The position numbers and the translations under genes were made by a program. A stretch of DNA of 64,000 nt. It comes from Verrucomicrobiales bacterium (GTDB lineage Bacteria; Verrucomicrobiota; Verrucomicrobiia; Limisphaerales; JAYPEY01). Positions 50,172-60,179 of this stretch are shown here, piece after piece. The notes beneath the pieces were generated by a model. The model searched no databases. It was given only the letters and a program-made list of their open reading frames with translations, and was not told the origin of the DNA. The stretch is taken from assembly GCA_038126235.1 (NCBI GenBank), contig JAYPFK010000035.1, positions 7,982 to 71,981 of the forward strand, read 5' to 3'. Every line of letters starts with the position of its first letter. The stretch's first letter is position 1.

Positions 50172-51293
50172 ATGTTTGCAAAGAGGCTTGAAGGGCGGAT
50201 TTGGATGGTCGTGGCGGTCTTGCTTCTCTTGACGTGCGGTTGGGCGGGCGCCGCAGAGAGCGCAACGCGACGCCTCCTTTACTGCGCGGTTCCCGGCGTG
50301 CGGAATTACCTCGAATACGGGGGGCATGGGTTGGTTGTTTACGACATCGACGCGGGATATCGGTTCGTCAAGCGCATCCCCATCGGCGGCTTGGACGAGA
50401 AGGGGAGGCCGATCAACGTCAAGGGCGTCTGCGCCAGCGCGGTCACGGACCGGATCTACATTTCCACCTTGAGCACGATGATGTGCCTGGATCTCCGCAC
50501 GGAGGAGTTGCTCTGGGAGAAACCCTACGACGGGGGTTGCGATCGGATGGCGATCGCGCCGGACGGCAGCCACATCTACCTGCCGTCATTGGAGAAACAC
50601 CATTGGCATGTTGTGGACGCGAAGGATGGGGCGGTGATCAAGCGGATCGACATCCACGCCGGCGCGCACAACACGATTTACGGACTGGGCGGAAAACACG
50701 CCTACCTCGCCGGATTGAAGTCGCCGTTGCTGAGGGTGACGGACACGGCGACGCATTCGATCGTGAAGGAGGTGGGTCCATTCTCGAACAGCATCCGTCC
50801 CTTCACGGTGAACCGGGCGGAGACGCTGGCCTACGTGAACGTGAATGAACTGCTGGGGTTCGAGATCGGGGACCTGAAGTCCGGCAAGATGCTGCATCGG
50901 GTGGAGGTGGAAGGCTTTGAGCCGGGGCCGGTCAAGCGGCATGGCTGCCCGAGCCACGGCGTCGGTCTAACGCCTGATGAATCCGAGGTCTGGGTGACGG
51001 ACGCAAGAAACCGCCGCATGCACATCTTCGACAACACGGCCATGCCTCCGAGGCAGATCGGGAGCGTGTTCCTGCGCGACGAGCCCGGTTGGATCACCTT
51101 CCGACTGGATGGCAAGCACGCCTGGCCTTCAACCGGCGACATCGTGGACGTGAAGACCCGGAAGATCGTTGGAGGCCTGACGGACGAAACGGGTCGTAGC
51201 GTCATGGGCGAGAAGGTGGTCGAGATTCACTGGCGTGGGGATGATGTCGTGCGGACGGGGGATCAGTTTGGTCTGGGGAGGAGGGAGGAATGA
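50172..51293 (+). CDS. Secreted YncE/YVTN-like beta-propeller protein
   Basis: Signal peptide; repeated blades (DRMAIAPDG, HGVGLTPDE, WITFRLDGK). Confidence 0.75.
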   Translation: MFAKRLEGRIWMVVAVLLLLTCGWAGAAESATRRLLYCAVPGVRNYLEYGGHGLVVYDIDAGYRFVKRIPIGGLDEKGRPINVKGVCASAVTDRIYISTLSTMMCLDLRTEELLWEKPYDGGCDRMAIAPDGSHIYLPSLEKHHWHVVDAKDGAVIKRIDIHAGAHNTIYGLGGKHAYLAGLKSPLLRVTDTATHSIVKEVGPFSNSIRPFTVNRAETLAYVNVNELLGFEIGDLKSGKMLHRVEVEGFEPGPVKRHGCPSHGVGLTPDESEVWVTDARNRRMHIFDNTAMPPRQIGSVFLRDEPGWITFRLDGKHAWPSTGDIVDVKTRKIVGGLTDETGRSVMGEKVVEIHWRGDDVVRTGDQFGLGRREE

Positions 51294-51494
51294 ATTCCCG
51301 CGAACCCAAAGCCAATTCGGAGCACCTCGGAGGGATGAGCTCCCGCGAGTCCCAAACCAAGTCGGAACACCCCGGAGGGACGAGCTCCCGCGAATCCCAC
51401 TTGAATGCATTGGGTTCAGGAATGGGACTTCCGGAGCTCGTCCCTTCCGGAGTTCTAACGGGCGTTGGCAAGGGGCTCCCGGAGTTCGTCCCTT
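51284..51494. repeat. REP cluster upstream of the RAYT (3 direct copies at a 45-bp period, 2 inverted copies)
   Basis: Consensus GGAGGGAYGAGCTCCCGCGARTCCCA at 51284, 51329, 51374; inverted at about 51423 and 51471. Confidence 0.88.
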
Positions 51495-51515
51495 CAATTT
51501 GAGGAAAGCGTTCTT

Positions 51516-52007
51516 ATGTCCGGCCGTAAGTCACTCCCACACCTGCCTGCACGCGAGGAGGCCAATCGTTCAGTCATCCAATACCTGACGGTTTGCGTAA
51601 AGAACCGCCGCAAGCTGCTCGACCAGGTCGACGTCGCTGCTGTCCTGATCGATTCGTGGAAGTCAGCTAACCATTGGCTGGTGGGACGTTATGTGATCAT
51701 GCCGGATCATTTGCATCTGTTCTGCGCGCCGGCGGTTCAGCCTGTTGCGCCATTGGCGAATTGGGTGCGCTTTTGGAAATCGGCGAGCACGCGCAATTGG
51801 CCAAAGGGCGATGCCAAGCCCATCTGGCAGAAGGATTTCTTTGACCGGCAGTTGCGGCATGGCGAGAGTTACGGTCAGAAATGGCGTTATCTGGTGGAGA
51901 ACCCGGTGAAAGCCGGGTTGGTTAAGAACTGGGAAGAGTGGCCCTATCAAGGGGAACTGAATGAGTTGCAGTGGCATGAACCGGCGGATTCAAAACGTGA
52001 GGGATGA
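51516..52007 (+). mobile_element. REP-associated tyrosine transposase (RAYT, Y1 HUH family)
   Basis: YVIMPDHLHLF (HUH), WQKDFFDRQLR, YLVENPVKAGLV..WEEWPY; REP arrays on both sides. Confidence 0.9.
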
Positions 52008-52035
52008 CCTTCAGAGAATCGCTGCCACATCAAGA

Positions 52036-52256
52036 CCCCTCGGAGGGATGAGCTCCTGCGAATCCCATTTTTATGTTCAAGCGTATTGAAGTGGGGCTCG
52101 CGGGAGCTTGTCCCTCCGGGGTGTTGGCATTGAAATGGGGCTCGCGGGAGCTTGTCCCTCCGGGGTGTTGGCATTGAAATGGGGCTCCCGGGAGCTCGTC
52201 CCTCCGGGGTGTTGGCGTTGGAATGGGACTCCCGGAGCTCGTCCCTCCGGGGTGTG
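52036..52256. repeat. REP cluster downstream of the RAYT: one copy plus four tandem ~44-bp inverted units
   Basis: Units attgaaRtggggctcgcgggagcttgtccctccggggtgttggc at 52085, 52129, 52173, 52217. Confidence 0.92.
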
Positions 52257-52261
52257 ATGAC

Positions 52262-53674
52262 ATGAATAGAAGACAATTCATCAAGGGCTTCGCGGCTGGC
52301 CTCTCGCTGGCTCCGGCGATTCTTCGCGCGCAATCGGTTGACGCCTTTTCTCTGCGCGACAGGTACGGAGGTTGCCCGGCGATTCGCTTCGAGCCCTCCG
52401 GGTTCTTCCGGTTGGAGAAGCGCGAGCGTTGGTGGTTCGTGACGCCGGAGGGGAATGCCTTCCTCTCCCTGGGCATGAATCACGTCCATCCCGGCTGGTT
52501 GAACCAGGTCTACAACGCGGAGCATTGGCGGAAGGCGTTCGGAGCGGAACGTTACAATGACGCGAAGTGGAAGGAGGGGGTGCGCGCGAAGGTCGCCGCC
52601 GACCTGGCGGCCTTTGGCTACAACACGTTGGGCGTCCATAACAACCATGCGGCGTTGCGTCCGAAGATCGACACGGCGTGGATCAAGCCCGTGGTCTTCG
52701 CGAACACGCATCACTGGCTGGAGCCGGACCAGATGGAATTTCCCGATGTGTTCTCCGCGGAGTTCGAGCGCCATTGCGACGACCTCGCGCGGAAGGAGTG
52801 CGCGCCGTTGAAGGGCGATCCATGGCTGCTGGGCTACGCGATGACGGATTGTCCGATTCTCACGGAGATCGATGCGGCGGCGCGCCCGACACACGTCTAC
52901 GGATCCGCGCGCGGGGCGACCGCGACCTGGCCGCGCGCCCTGCGCAATCTGCCCGCCTCGGCGCCGGGCAAGCGGGCCTACGTGGATTTCATGCGCACGC
53001 GCCACAGCAGTTGGATCCTGCATTTCAACGAGGTCTACGAGACGAACTTCGAATCGTGGGAGGATCTGCTAAAGGCGGAGAACTGGAGGCCCGGCGTTGA
53101 TCCGAACAATGCGAAGGAGATTCAGGACAACCGCGCCTTTCTCGCGAAGGTGGTGGATCAATATTACTCGGTGACAGCCGCCGCCCTGCGGAGGCACGAT
53201 CCGAACCATCTTGTCTTCGGTGACAAGCTGAACGCGAACACGGACAGCGGCGATTTGGTCGTGCCCATCACGGCAAAGCACACGGACCTGGTATTCTACC
53301 AGATGTACGGCCGCTGGCGGGAGCAAAGGCCGGTCCTGGCCCGCTGGTCAAAGTTGACGGACAAGCCGTTCTTCAATGGCGACGGCGCGTTTCATGCGCC
53401 GCACGCGAACATGCCCAACCCGCACGGGCCGCATGCCGTCGACCAGGAACATCGCGCGGAGATGACGCGGGAGTTTTGCGAACGGATGTTCGCGCGGGAG
53501 GATTTTGTGGGCTGGAGCGTCTGCGGTTGGGTGGAGACCTGGAAGACCATGCCGCGAAAGGAATTCAAGCAACACGGCGGCATTCAGGACCCGTTCGGGG
53601 AGAATTACGAACCGCTGAGGGAGACGCTCAATGGTTTTTCCGGGCGGATGTATCGGGCTGCGGCAAGGCGCTAG
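52262..53674 (+). CDS. Tat-exported glycoside-hydrolase-like protein (beta-agarase/GH50-like TIM barrel)
   Basis: MNRRQFI Tat motif; GFFRLEK..RWWFVTPEGNAF, FPDVFS.EF, DPWLLGY, RRHDPNHLVFG. Confidence 0.65.
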   Translation: MNRRQFIKGFAAGLSLAPAILRAQSVDAFSLRDRYGGCPAIRFEPSGFFRLEKRERWWFVTPEGNAFLSLGMNHVHPGWLNQVYNAEHWRKAFGAERYNDAKWKEGVRAKVAADLAAFGYNTLGVHNNHAALRPKIDTAWIKPVVFANTHHWLEPDQMEFPDVFSAEFERHCDDLARKECAPLKGDPWLLGYAMTDCPILTEIDAAARPTHVYGSARGATATWPRALRNLPASAPGKRAYVDFMRTRHSSWILHFNEVYETNFESWEDLLKAENWRPGVDPNNAKEIQDNRAFLAKVVDQYYSVTAAALRRHDPNHLVFGDKLNANTDSGDLVVPITAKHTDLVFYQMYGRWREQRPVLARWSKLTDKPFFNGDGAFHAPHANMPNPHGPHAVDQEHRAEMTREFCERMFAREDFVGWSVCGWVETWKTMPRKEFKQHGGIQDPFGENYEPLRETLNGFSGRMYRAAARR

Positions 53675-53713
53675 GTCTGATCTGTCCGATAGGGCTGGTC
53701 CGACAGGTGGCCG

Positions 53714-54703
53714 CTATCTCGCCACTGGCGTCAGCACGATGTTCCGATAGCGCACTGAAGTGTGGTCCCCCTGCAGGAAGATGGGACCCGGTCGGGTCAC
53801 GTCCCCCTGGAGCGCGCCGCCGGTGGGGCCTTCGACCGGCTGATTGTCGATGACCTTCTGGCCGTTCAGGACGACGGTCACGTGGCGGTCCACCAGGGTG
53901 ATGTCGTAGGTGTTCCATTCGCCGCCCTTCTTGCCGGCGTTCTTCGAAGGCGCTATGCGGCCGTAAATGGCTCCGACTCCGTTGTTGCCCTTCATGCTGC
54001 TGTCGCGATCGACGACCTGCGCCTCGTACATGCCCCGCAGGTAGATGCCACTGTTGCGCTGGGCGCCGATGTTGAATTCGATGTGCAGCTTGAAGTCCTC
54101 GAACTCGCGTTCGGTCCGGAGGTTGGCGTATTCGCCATAGGCGCTGAAATCGGTTTTTGGGGTCTCGTTGACAAGTTCGCCGTTCTTGGCGGACCAGCCC
54201 ATCTTCTTGTGAGGCCGCCACGGTTTCCAGCCCGTGAGGTCACGGCCGTTGAAGAGCTGGATCGGCTTGCCGAAGCGGACTTTGGAAAGTTCGGGACGCG
54301 GAGGCAGGGGTGGCAGGCGTTTGCCGGTGAAGGAAGCCTCGGAGGTCTGGCGGCTTTCGATCTTCCGGTGCGCGCCGTAAAGGGAGCCGTCAAGGACGCG
54401 CACAGCGACGGTTTCGGTTACGATCATTGGGCCCTTCTTCCCCGCGCGCCGCTTGCGCAAGGGAAAGACGATTTCGTCCTTGTTGACGCTCCATTCGCTG
54501 ATGCTACGCACGCCGCCCACGGCCCACATGACGCGGATCGGGGCATCCTTGTTGGCCGGATTGAGGCTCAACCAGCCCGCTTCGTCGGTAGGCAAGGTCA
54601 AGGCCCAGTCGCCGACGAGGCTTTTCGGGATGCTGTCAGCGGCGTTCGCGGAAAGGGCAGTCAAGACAACGGACAAGAACGACGGAAGAAGCGATTTGAG
54701 CAT
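53714..54703 (-). CDS. DUF1080 domain protein
   Basis: LFNGRDLTGW, NSGIYLRGMYEAQV, GEWNTYDIT, GPIFLQGDH..VRYRNI. Confidence 0.9.
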   Translation of the reverse strand: MLKSLLPSFLSVVLTALSANAADSIPKSLVGDWALTLPTDEAGWLSLNPANKDAPIRVMWAVGGVRSISEWSVNKDEIVFPLRKRRAGKKGPMIVTETVAVRVLDGSLYGAHRKIESRQTSEASFTGKRLPPLPPRPELSKVRFGKPIQLFNGRDLTGWKPWRPHKKMGWSAKNGELVNETPKTDFSAYGEYANLRTEREFEDFKLHIEFNIGAQRNSGIYLRGMYEAQVVDRDSSMKGNNGVGAIYGRIAPSKNAGKKGGEWNTYDITLVDRHVTVVLNGQKVIDNQPVEGPTGGALQGDVTRPGPIFLQGDHTSVRYRNIVLTPVAR

Positions 54704-55051
54704 GGGCGGAGCGTAGGGCGAAGGGTATGCGATGGTAAACGTGAAATCGCGCGCGAACCTGCCGGATCGGGATCGCATCAAGTCAAGGCAGTGTGGCGCG
54801 GCCCCTTTTGATAGTTCCGCGTTTACGCGGTTTTGGCTTTCGGCGTTTCCCTGCGCCGCGACCGCCTGAAGGCGGAACTCCAAACCAACATGCGCGGAGC
54901 CATTCGGCCGGCGTGCGAATTCGGAGACGACTTTGGAATGGCCTCCGTCTCCGCCGCCCGCCACACTCCGCAGAAACCCAACCAACAACCTTTCGCGACA
55001 GCCGCCTCTCTTAACTCACTTCCTCTCTCAACCCTCAGCCATCCCAACGCC

Positions 55052-55840
55052 ATGCAATGCCACGAAATTGATTACGAACTGTTCGGTGACGACATCCAGA
55101 TTGTGGAGATCGAGCTCGATCCGGGCGAAACGGTCATCGCTGAGGCGGGCGCGATGAACTACATGGAGGACGGCATCGCTTTCGAGGCCAAGATGGGCGA
55201 CGGCTCCGATCCGAATCAGGGTTTCTTCGGGAAGATGCTGCAGGTGGGCAAGCGCGTGTTCACGGGCGAGTCGCTTTTCATGACGCATTTCACCAACCAG
55301 GGCCAGGGCAAGAAGCGCGTGGCTTTCGCCGCGCCCTATCCCGGCAAGATCATGCCGGTTGATCTGGCCCAGTGCGGCGGGGAATTGCTCTGCCAGAAGG
55401 ACGCCTTCCTCTGCGCCGCCCTGGGGACTCAGGTGGGCATCGCGTTCCAGAAGCGGCTGGGAGCCGGTTTCTTCGGTGGGGAGGGTTTCATTCTTCAGCG
55501 GTTGCGCGGCGACGGGAAGGCTTTCGTTCACGCTGGGGGGACGCTGATCATGAAGCAGTTACAGGGCGAGACCCTGCGGGTGGACACGGGTTGCCTGGTC
55601 AGCTTCACCAGCGGCATCGACTACGACATCGAACGCGCCGGAAACCTAAAGTCGATGTTCTTCGGCGGGGAAGGGATGTTCCTCGCGACGCTCCGGGGGC
55701 ACGGGACCGTGATCCTCCAGAGCATGCCGTTCTCCCGGATGGCGGATCGGATTCTGGCGCACGCTCCGTCGGCGGGAGGTTCGCGCAAGGGCGAGGGCTC
55801 CGTGCTCGGCGGTCTGGGAGACCTGCTGGACGGGGACTGA
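55052..55840 (+). CDS. TIGR00266 / AIM24 family protein
   Basis: [48 protein letters not shown]. Confidence 0.92.
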   Translation: MQCHEIDYELFGDDIQIVEIELDPGETVIAEAGAMNYMEDGIAFEAKMGDGSDPNQGFFGKMLQVGKRVFTGESLFMTHFTNQGQGKKRVAFAAPYPGKIMPVDLAQCGGELLCQKDAFLCAALGTQVGIAFQKRLGAGFFGGEGFILQRLRGDGKAFVHAGGTLIMKQLQGETLRVDTGCLVSFTSGIDYDIERAGNLKSMFFGGEGMFLATLRGHGTVILQSMPFSRMADRILAHAPSAGGSRKGEGSVLGGLGDLLDGD

Positions 55841-55845
55841 CGCGA

Positions 55846-57258
55846 TCAATCGTAGCGGCCGAACCGGAAGGGCTTGATCTCCGGTTCGTCGCGGGCGTCA
55901 AGCATGATGCGCTCAAGCTTCCGGACGAGGTCGGGTTTCTGCTTGGCGACGTCAGTGGTCTCGTTGCGGTCGGTCCTGAGATTGTAGAGTTCCAGCGGCG
56001 CGTCGGGGTTCTTCTTGAGGTCGCGCTTGACCGCCTTCCAGTCTCCCATGCGCACGGCGAGTTGGCCGCCGTATCCGGCGAAGTCCCAGAAGAGGTAATC
56101 GTGCTTCTTCTGTTTCTGACCCAGCAGTTCCGGGAGGAAGCTGACGCCGTCCGTCCCGGAATCAGGCCTCGTTCCGGCGACCTCGGCGAGGGTGGCCATG
56201 GCGTCGTAGTGGGCGGAGATGTGGTCGCTGATCGCGCCGGGCTTGATGCGGCCGGGCCAGCGCGCGAGCAACGGTTCCCGGATGCCGCCTTCGTAGACCG
56301 AGCCCTTGAGCCCGTTCAAGCCGCCGACGCTATCGAAGAACTCGAAATCCACCTGCTCCTTCAGGAAGGTGGTTCCATTGTCGGAGGTGAAGAGGACGAG
56401 GGTGTTTTCATCGAGGTTCAGTTCCTTGAGCAGGGCCATCAGGCGGCCGACCTGCTTGTCCATGAAGGTGATCATGGCGGCGTAGGCGGCGCGCGGCGTG
56501 GGATGGGGGAGGTAGCTCTTCCCTTTGTAGGGAGTCTCCTTCCAGTGGCCCTGGTATTGCTTCAATTCTTCCTCGGGAACCTGCAGGGCGAGGTGGGGTA
56601 TCACCGTGGGGTAATACACGAAGAAGGGGCCGTCCTTATGCTTGCGGACGAACTTCAGCATCTCGTCGGCGATGGATTGCGGGCCGTAGGTCTCGCCGGT
56701 CAGGCCGCGCGTGTTGCCCTTGAGCGGACGTTTCTCACGGTCGTCGACCAGGTAGTTGGGAAAGAGATTGTGGGCGTGTCGTTGGCAGTTGTAGCCGTAG
56801 AAGCGGTCGAAGCCCTGGTTGAGCGGATCACCGGAGGAGCCGGGTTCGCCCAGACCCCATTTGCCGAAGGCTCCGGTCGCGTAGCCTGCGCGCTTCAGAA
56901 TCTCGGCGATTGTCACATCCTGGTCGCGCAAGGGCAGTTGGCCGCGGTAGCTGTCCCAGGTCCCTACTTCGAAGTTGCTGCGGACGTAGGCATGGCCGCC
57001 GTGGCGGCCGGTCATCAGGGAACAACGCGCCGAGGCGCAGACGGGGGAACTGGTGTAGTGCTGCGTGAAGCGCATGCCTTCCGCGGCGAATTGGTCGAGG
57101 TTCGGCGTCTTGATCTTCCTCTGGCCGTAGCTGCCCAGTTCCGCGTAGCCGAGATCATCGGCCATGATGAAGACGATGTTCGGCTTCCTGGCTGCCGAGG
57201 CGGAAAGGGCGAAGACCGTGGCGCAGAACAACGCGAGGATGGAGCGGATTCGTGTCAT
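55846..57258 (-). CDS. Arylsulfatase (S1 family)
   Basis: PNIVFIMADDLG, CASARCSLMTGR, GKWGLG, SDNG, YEGGIR. Confidence 0.92.
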   Translation of the reverse strand: MTRIRSILALFCATVFALSASAARKPNIVFIMADDLGYAELGSYGQRKIKTPNLDQFAAEGMRFTQHYTSSPVCASARCSLMTGRHGGHAYVRSNFEVGTWDSYRGQLPLRDQDVTIAEILKRAGYATGAFGKWGLGEPGSSGDPLNQGFDRFYGYNCQRHAHNLFPNYLVDDREKRPLKGNTRGLTGETYGPQSIADEMLKFVRKHKDGPFFVYYPTVIPHLALQVPEEELKQYQGHWKETPYKGKSYLPHPTPRAAYAAMITFMDKQVGRLMALLKELNLDENTLVLFTSDNGTTFLKEQVDFEFFDSVGGLNGLKGSVYEGGIREPLLARWPGRIKPGAISDHISAHYDAMATLAEVAGTRPDSGTDGVSFLPELLGQKQKKHDYLFWDFAGYGGQLAVRMGDWKAVKRDLKKNPDAPLELYNLRTDRNETTDVAKQKPDLVRKLERIMLDARDEPEIKPFRFGRYD

Positions 57259-57319
57259 GGCGGGATCAAAGCAGGAACCGACCGGAATCGCAACCAGGTG
57301 TGAGCGATGTCAGGGAGAA

Positions 57320-57394
57320 GGTGGGGCGAACAGTCCTCAGTGAGGCGACGTGAGCATTTCGAAGCCCGGCTCGCTGAGGACAGTTCGACCCTCC
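57320..57394. repeat. Inverted REP pair
   Basis: ggtggggcgaacagtcctcagtgaggcg ... cggctcgctgaggacagttcgaccctcc. Confidence 0.8.
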
Positions 57395-57449
57395 TTGGAG
57401 CCAAAGAACCGCTTGAAATGAACGTTCAGAAGCGCAGGCTGACGACATC

Positions 57450-58133
57450 ATGAAAATCACCTACTTGAGCCATTCCTGTTTCCTGGTCGAGACCTCAAAG
57501 GCCAGGTTGATCGTCGATCCCTTTCTTTCGGGCAATCCCAAGGCCCGGACTTCCGCGGACGAGATCGAATGCGATTATATCGTTGTGACGCACGGGCACT
57601 CGGATCATGTAGGCGACGCGATCGGCATCGCCAAGCGGACCGGGGCGACGATCGTGGCGACCTTTGAATGTGCGATGTGGTGCGCGGCGCAGGGCGTCAA
57701 GGTCCACCCGATGCACATCGGCGGCGCGCATGAATTCCCTTTCGGCCGGATCAAGTGGACGATTGCGCACCATGGCTCGGGTTATCAGGACGGCGACCGG
57801 ATGCTCTACATGGGCAATCCCGCGGGCGTCGTGATCGGCGCGGACGGCCGCACGGTCTACCATGCGGGCGATACCGGACTCTTCATGGACATGCAGTTGA
57901 TCGGCCAGATGAACCGCCTCGACGTCGCGCTGCTTCCCATCGGAGACAATTTCACGATGGGCATCGACGACGCGGTCAAGGCCGCCGAGTTTCTCCGGCC
58001 CAAGCTTGCCGTGCCGATGCACTACGGCACCTTCGACCTCATCGACGTGGATCCCGGGGAGTTCGCGACCAAGGCCGCTGCGGCGGGTATCGAGGCCAAG
58101 GCGTTGGAGATCGGGGAGTCGTTGGAGATTTGA
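57450..58133 (+). CDS. Metallo-beta-lactamase-fold hydrolase (UPF0173/YtkL-like)
   Basis: THGHSDH, YHAGDT, LPIGDNFTMG, PMHYGTF. Confidence 0.93.
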   Translation: MKITYLSHSCFLVETSKARLIVDPFLSGNPKARTSADEIECDYIVVTHGHSDHVGDAIGIAKRTGATIVATFECAMWCAAQGVKVHPMHIGGAHEFPFGRIKWTIAHHGSGYQDGDRMLYMGNPAGVVIGADGRTVYHAGDTGLFMDMQLIGQMNRLDVALLPIGDNFTMGIDDAVKAAEFLRPKLAVPMHYGTFDLIDVDPGEFATKAAAAGIEAKALEIGESLEI

Positions 58134-58187
58134 CGAAGGGAACCAATCTGTTTGCCGCGCCCGGCCTCATGTGGGAAAACGACGCGC

Positions 58188-59042
58188 ATGAAACCGGTCT
58201 GGATTAGTCTGTTGGCGCTCGTTGTTGCGGGGGGAGCGGGGTGCGCCTCCGGCGGCGCGTCGAGGGGGCCGTCCGGAAGATCGGGCGTGAGCGGGAGGAC
58301 CGCCGGAGGCGATGACGCGCGGTTTGCCGAGATTCTGGCCGCGATTGAGGCGCAGAACCGGGAGATCGCGGAATTGCGCGCTTCGCTTGCCAACCAGGAC
58401 GAGCGCGTGCGCGCCGACGTGGACAAGATCAACGATTCCCTCGACTCGCACCTGGAACTGCTGGACCTGCTCTACCGGCAGATGGGGCAGACGGCGCCCG
58501 CTTTGACAAAGCCGTCCCCCGAGCCCTCAACCAAGGCGTCGATCTTCGGCTCGGCAGCCATCGACCTGACGCGCGGGGAGCCGCTTGTGCTCAAGCGGAT
58601 GAAGGTCTGGTTGCTGCGCGAAGAGACGGCGGGGATCTGGCGCGGGCTGTCCTCGCCTCGCACGCTCTACAATACCCCGATTCAGAACGCGGACACGATT
58701 CTCAGCGCGCTGGAGTTCACGCGCGATGTCGAGACTCCTCGGGGCGATCCCCTGAACGAGGTCCGCAGCGCCGACGCTTTGAATTCGCATCTGCGGAAGT
58801 TTGAGGAATCGCTGACGGCGAACGTGGTTTTGCCATCGGTTTCAACCCGGGAGAATGGGAAGTATTTCTTCAGCGACGCGCCGGCGGGGGATTATCAGCT
58901 CTACGCGAGGATTTCACCCGAGACGTATTCGGTCTGCTGGTTGATCCCGGTGCGGGTCGAAGTGGGAGCGGCCCAGGAGGTCAACCTCGACGCGAAGAAC
59001 GCCAAGGTCTTCCTGAATGATCTGCAGCTTGGCGGGAATTGA
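58188..59042 (+). CDS. Hypothetical lipoprotein with a coiled coil
   Basis: MKPVWISLLALVVAGGAGC lipoprotein-like signal; heptad region; C-terminal GKYFFSDAPAGDYQL. Confidence 0.65.
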   Translation: MKPVWISLLALVVAGGAGCASGGASRGPSGRSGVSGRTAGGDDARFAEILAAIEAQNREIAELRASLANQDERVRADVDKINDSLDSHLELLDLLYRQMGQTAPALTKPSPEPSTKASIFGSAAIDLTRGEPLVLKRMKVWLLREETAGIWRGLSSPRTLYNTPIQNADTILSALEFTRDVETPRGDPLNEVRSADALNSHLRKFEESLTANVVLPSVSTRENGKYFFSDAPAGDYQLYARISPETYSVCWLIPVRVEVGAAQEVNLDAKNAKVFLNDLQLGGN

Positions 59043-59200
59043 AAGCGCGGGAAGTCGGCCAAGGAGCGGCGACATTCTCGTCACCGTGGCGCCGCAGGGA
59101 CCAGAGAGGGGCGCTCGGCATGGGGCGCGGCAGGGTGATGTATTTCAAGCCTGAAGGGCCGGGCTGTGCTATCCAGCCTCGTTGGGGCATCAGACGTCAT

Positions 59201-59878
59201 CTACCTTCCGTCCGACTCCGCCTGCTTGAGCGACTTTGCTTGTTCCTCCAGCCATTTGCGCGTCGCTTGCACCCCGGGCGCGAATCCCTTCGGACCCCGG
59301 TCGGCCTTGACGGCGATTTTTCCTTCCTTGTCCACGACGTAGATGCGGTCGGGGCCCGCGGAGTAGGCCCGGTTAACGGCGTCGTCCATGCTGTCCACGA
59401 TGGCGGGAATGTCGATCTTCAGGAGGGTGCAGGCCGTCTTGGCGACGTATTCGCGGTCGGCGTAGTCTGTGTGGTTCTTGATGTTGATGCCCTGGCGAAC
59501 GTTGGCCTGGCTGACGCGGCCGTCGGAGGCGTGCGCCTCCTTGATGTAGATCATCAGGAATTCGACCGAGTCCTTGTGACGCCGGTACAACTCATTCAGG
59601 GAGCCAACCTGACTCCGAAAGGGCGGTCAGGTGTAGCTTCCGAAGACGAGCACGACCGGCCGCTTGCCCTTGAATGAGGAAAGCTGGACTTCGCGTTTGC
59701 CGTCGGCGGACTTCAGTTTGAATTCGGGGGCGGGGTCTCCGACTTTGAGCCGGTCCGGCGCGGAGTTCGGACGGGCGCGGTTGGGACGCTGACGGCCGCC
59801 GGGACGCGGTTGCGCCACGGCGGCGACGGCGAAAGTGAAAACGAGGGCGGCGAGGGCGAGGCGACGGACGTGTTTCAT
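59201..59878 (-). CDS. Deiodinase-like (thioredoxin-fold) selenoprotein; in-frame UGA at 59627-59629 read as Sec
   Basis: ORFs 59627-59878 and 59201-59590 are in one frame; joined they read VLVFGSYT-U-PPF...IYIKEAHASDG...AYSAGPDRIY; SECIS-like hairpin; next to selB. Confidence 0.9.
59595..59626 (-). promoter_or_regulatory. Bacterial SECIS-like hairpin
   Basis: UGA-CCGCCCUUUC-GGAGUCA-GGU-UGGCUCC: 7-bp stem, G-containing loop 17 nt after the UGA. Confidence 0.7.
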
Positions 59879-60016
59879 GGCGGCGCGGGCTGGGCTTGGT
59901 TGGGGGAATGGACGCGGCGAAGCGGCGGGCGGTTACAATGGTGGCTGTTTCGAGCGCGGCACGGACTTCATCGCCCGATTACGGCTGCTATTCCGGCGCG
60001 TAAACCGGACATCCGG

Positions 60017-60155
60017 TAGGGCGGCGTTGCATCGCCGCCCATTTTGAAGCCCCGAAGGCGGCGCCAGAACTACTGTCCCGCGCGCGGAGAATTTGGTGGA
60101 TACTGCCGTCCCTTCAGGACTTCGATTTGGGCCGCGACGCAACGCGGCCCCACCG
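60017..60155. repeat. Cluster of degenerate REP-like inverted repeats between selB and the selenoprotein gene
   Basis: gtagggcggcgttgcatcgccgccc ... gggccgcgacgcaacgcggccccacc, enclosing agccccgaaggcggc ... gccgtcccttcaggact. Confidence 0.55.
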
Positions 60156-60179
60156 GACGGGAATCGATGTCGTCCGCTC

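Noticed and set aside
52085-52256. Tandem 44-bp repeats as a CRISPR array
   Set aside because: There are no unique spacers, copies occur in both orientations, no cas genes are present, and the adjacent gene is a RAYT
59627-59629. TGA as a pseudogene-causing nonsense mutation
   Set aside because: It falls at the catalytic Cys/Sec position of a deiodinase-like motif, is followed by a SECIS-like hairpin, and selA, selB and selC are present
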